Origin: Mobula hypostoma
Taxonomy: Eukaryota
Reading direction: 5' to 3'
Length of the DNA stretch: 64,000 nt
Assembly (NCBI RefSeq): GCF_963921235.1
Contig: NC_086098.1
Span: 8,122,001-8,186,000 of the forward strand
A program made the translations under genes and the position numbers. Positions within the stretch are counted from its first letter, which is position 1; every line of letters starts with the position of its first letter. This document shows, piece after piece, positions 63,384 through 64,000 of this stretch. The notes under the pieces are model-generated. The model was given only the letters and a program-made list of their open reading frames with translations, was not told the origin of the DNA and did no database searches.

Positions 63384-64000
63384 CAAAGAAGGAATTTTCT
63401 TTGCTCTTTCCATATAAAAAAAAATTGACCAGTCAGGTTTGTCAGCTCTGAGCTAAACTCTCAAATCTGGAGTACAGGTGGACCACTCTTAGCTTCTACC
63501 CTTTGACCTGTTTGGCATGGGTGATCCTACCAGGAGCCAAAGCACAAGGCACTGACTCCAGTCAATATCTATCTCTCTGAGTCACTGAGGCAAACAGGCC
63601 TCCAACTCCTATGACAAAGTTGTGGTCATCTTGGAGGGAGAAAGTTATTAATGTCATACAATTGAATCAATTGATTTCACGAAGCATGGTGAAATTTGAC
63701 CTGTATGTTCACAGAGATATTAAACTTCTGACTGACTTTAAAGTATTAAGAGCTGACTTCGCCTAGAGACAGAAATGTGTCATAAAATGGTATTTAAATT
63801 CAAAAGCATTCAGCAATGTATGTGAAACTAGGCAGGGAAACTACCTAACTATAAAACATTGAACCCATCACCATAAGCATGACAGTTATTTTTTTCCAGT
63901 CAGTATTCTGATTGGTTTATTTTTTGAATTCCATTTTTGAAGGCTTGAGGTTCATGAAAATTTTTCAAATTTATTTAAAAATAATAAGTTGTGTGTAGTG

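Larger units (their letters stand above)
62375..63640 (-). mobile_element. RTE-derived non-autonomous element, split by the hAT-like insertion
   Basis: Reverse RWRTFIAALNAS (RTE ORF end) at 62375-62415; RTE 5'UTR-like CTTTGACCTGTTTGGCATGGGTGATCCTACCAGGAGC near 63500. Confidence 0.6.

Noticed and set aside
62727..63451. SR-protein-like or LS-rich ORFs
   Set aside because: Translations of the TC/TCGC microsatellite.
1..64000. CRISPR arrays, prokaryotic operons or rRNA
   Set aside because: No regularly spaced repeats or prokaryotic gene structure; the sequence is vertebrate and TE-rich.

Overview
Vertebrate genomic DNA dominated by transposable elements. It is probably from a cartilaginous fish (ray or shark), inferred from the mix of CR1, Rex1/Babar, V-SINE and Penelope families. 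No host protein-coding gene could be identified with confidence; nearly all long ORFs are retrotransposon reverse transcriptase fragments. Contents: many nested CR1 LINEs, including two almost identical young copies that form a ~2.07 kb inverted repeat 12.6 kb apart; several Rex1/Babar LINE families; an RTE fragment and an L1 fragment; tRNA/V-SINEs and RTE-type SINEs; Tc1, Tigger/pogo-like and hAT-like non-autonomous DNA transposons; three LTR remnants; and microsatellites. Most notable: (i) Penelope-like elements carrying minimal type I hammerhead ribozymes (intact core at 40734-40771), plus short fold-back derivatives inserted with 11-15 bp target duplications; (ii) a 134-bp LTR followed by exactly 18 nt of tRNA-Leu primer-binding site, the layout of plus-strand strong-stop DNA; (iii) an ORF-less ~680-bp retroposon with a YY1-like head and a Rex-type tail; (iv) a templated ~190-bp insertion that preserves the pre-insertion state of a nearby locus. 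Weak splice-site signals hint at micro-exons of an unidentified gene or lncRNA. Boundaries of decayed elements are approximate and all comparisons were made by eye.
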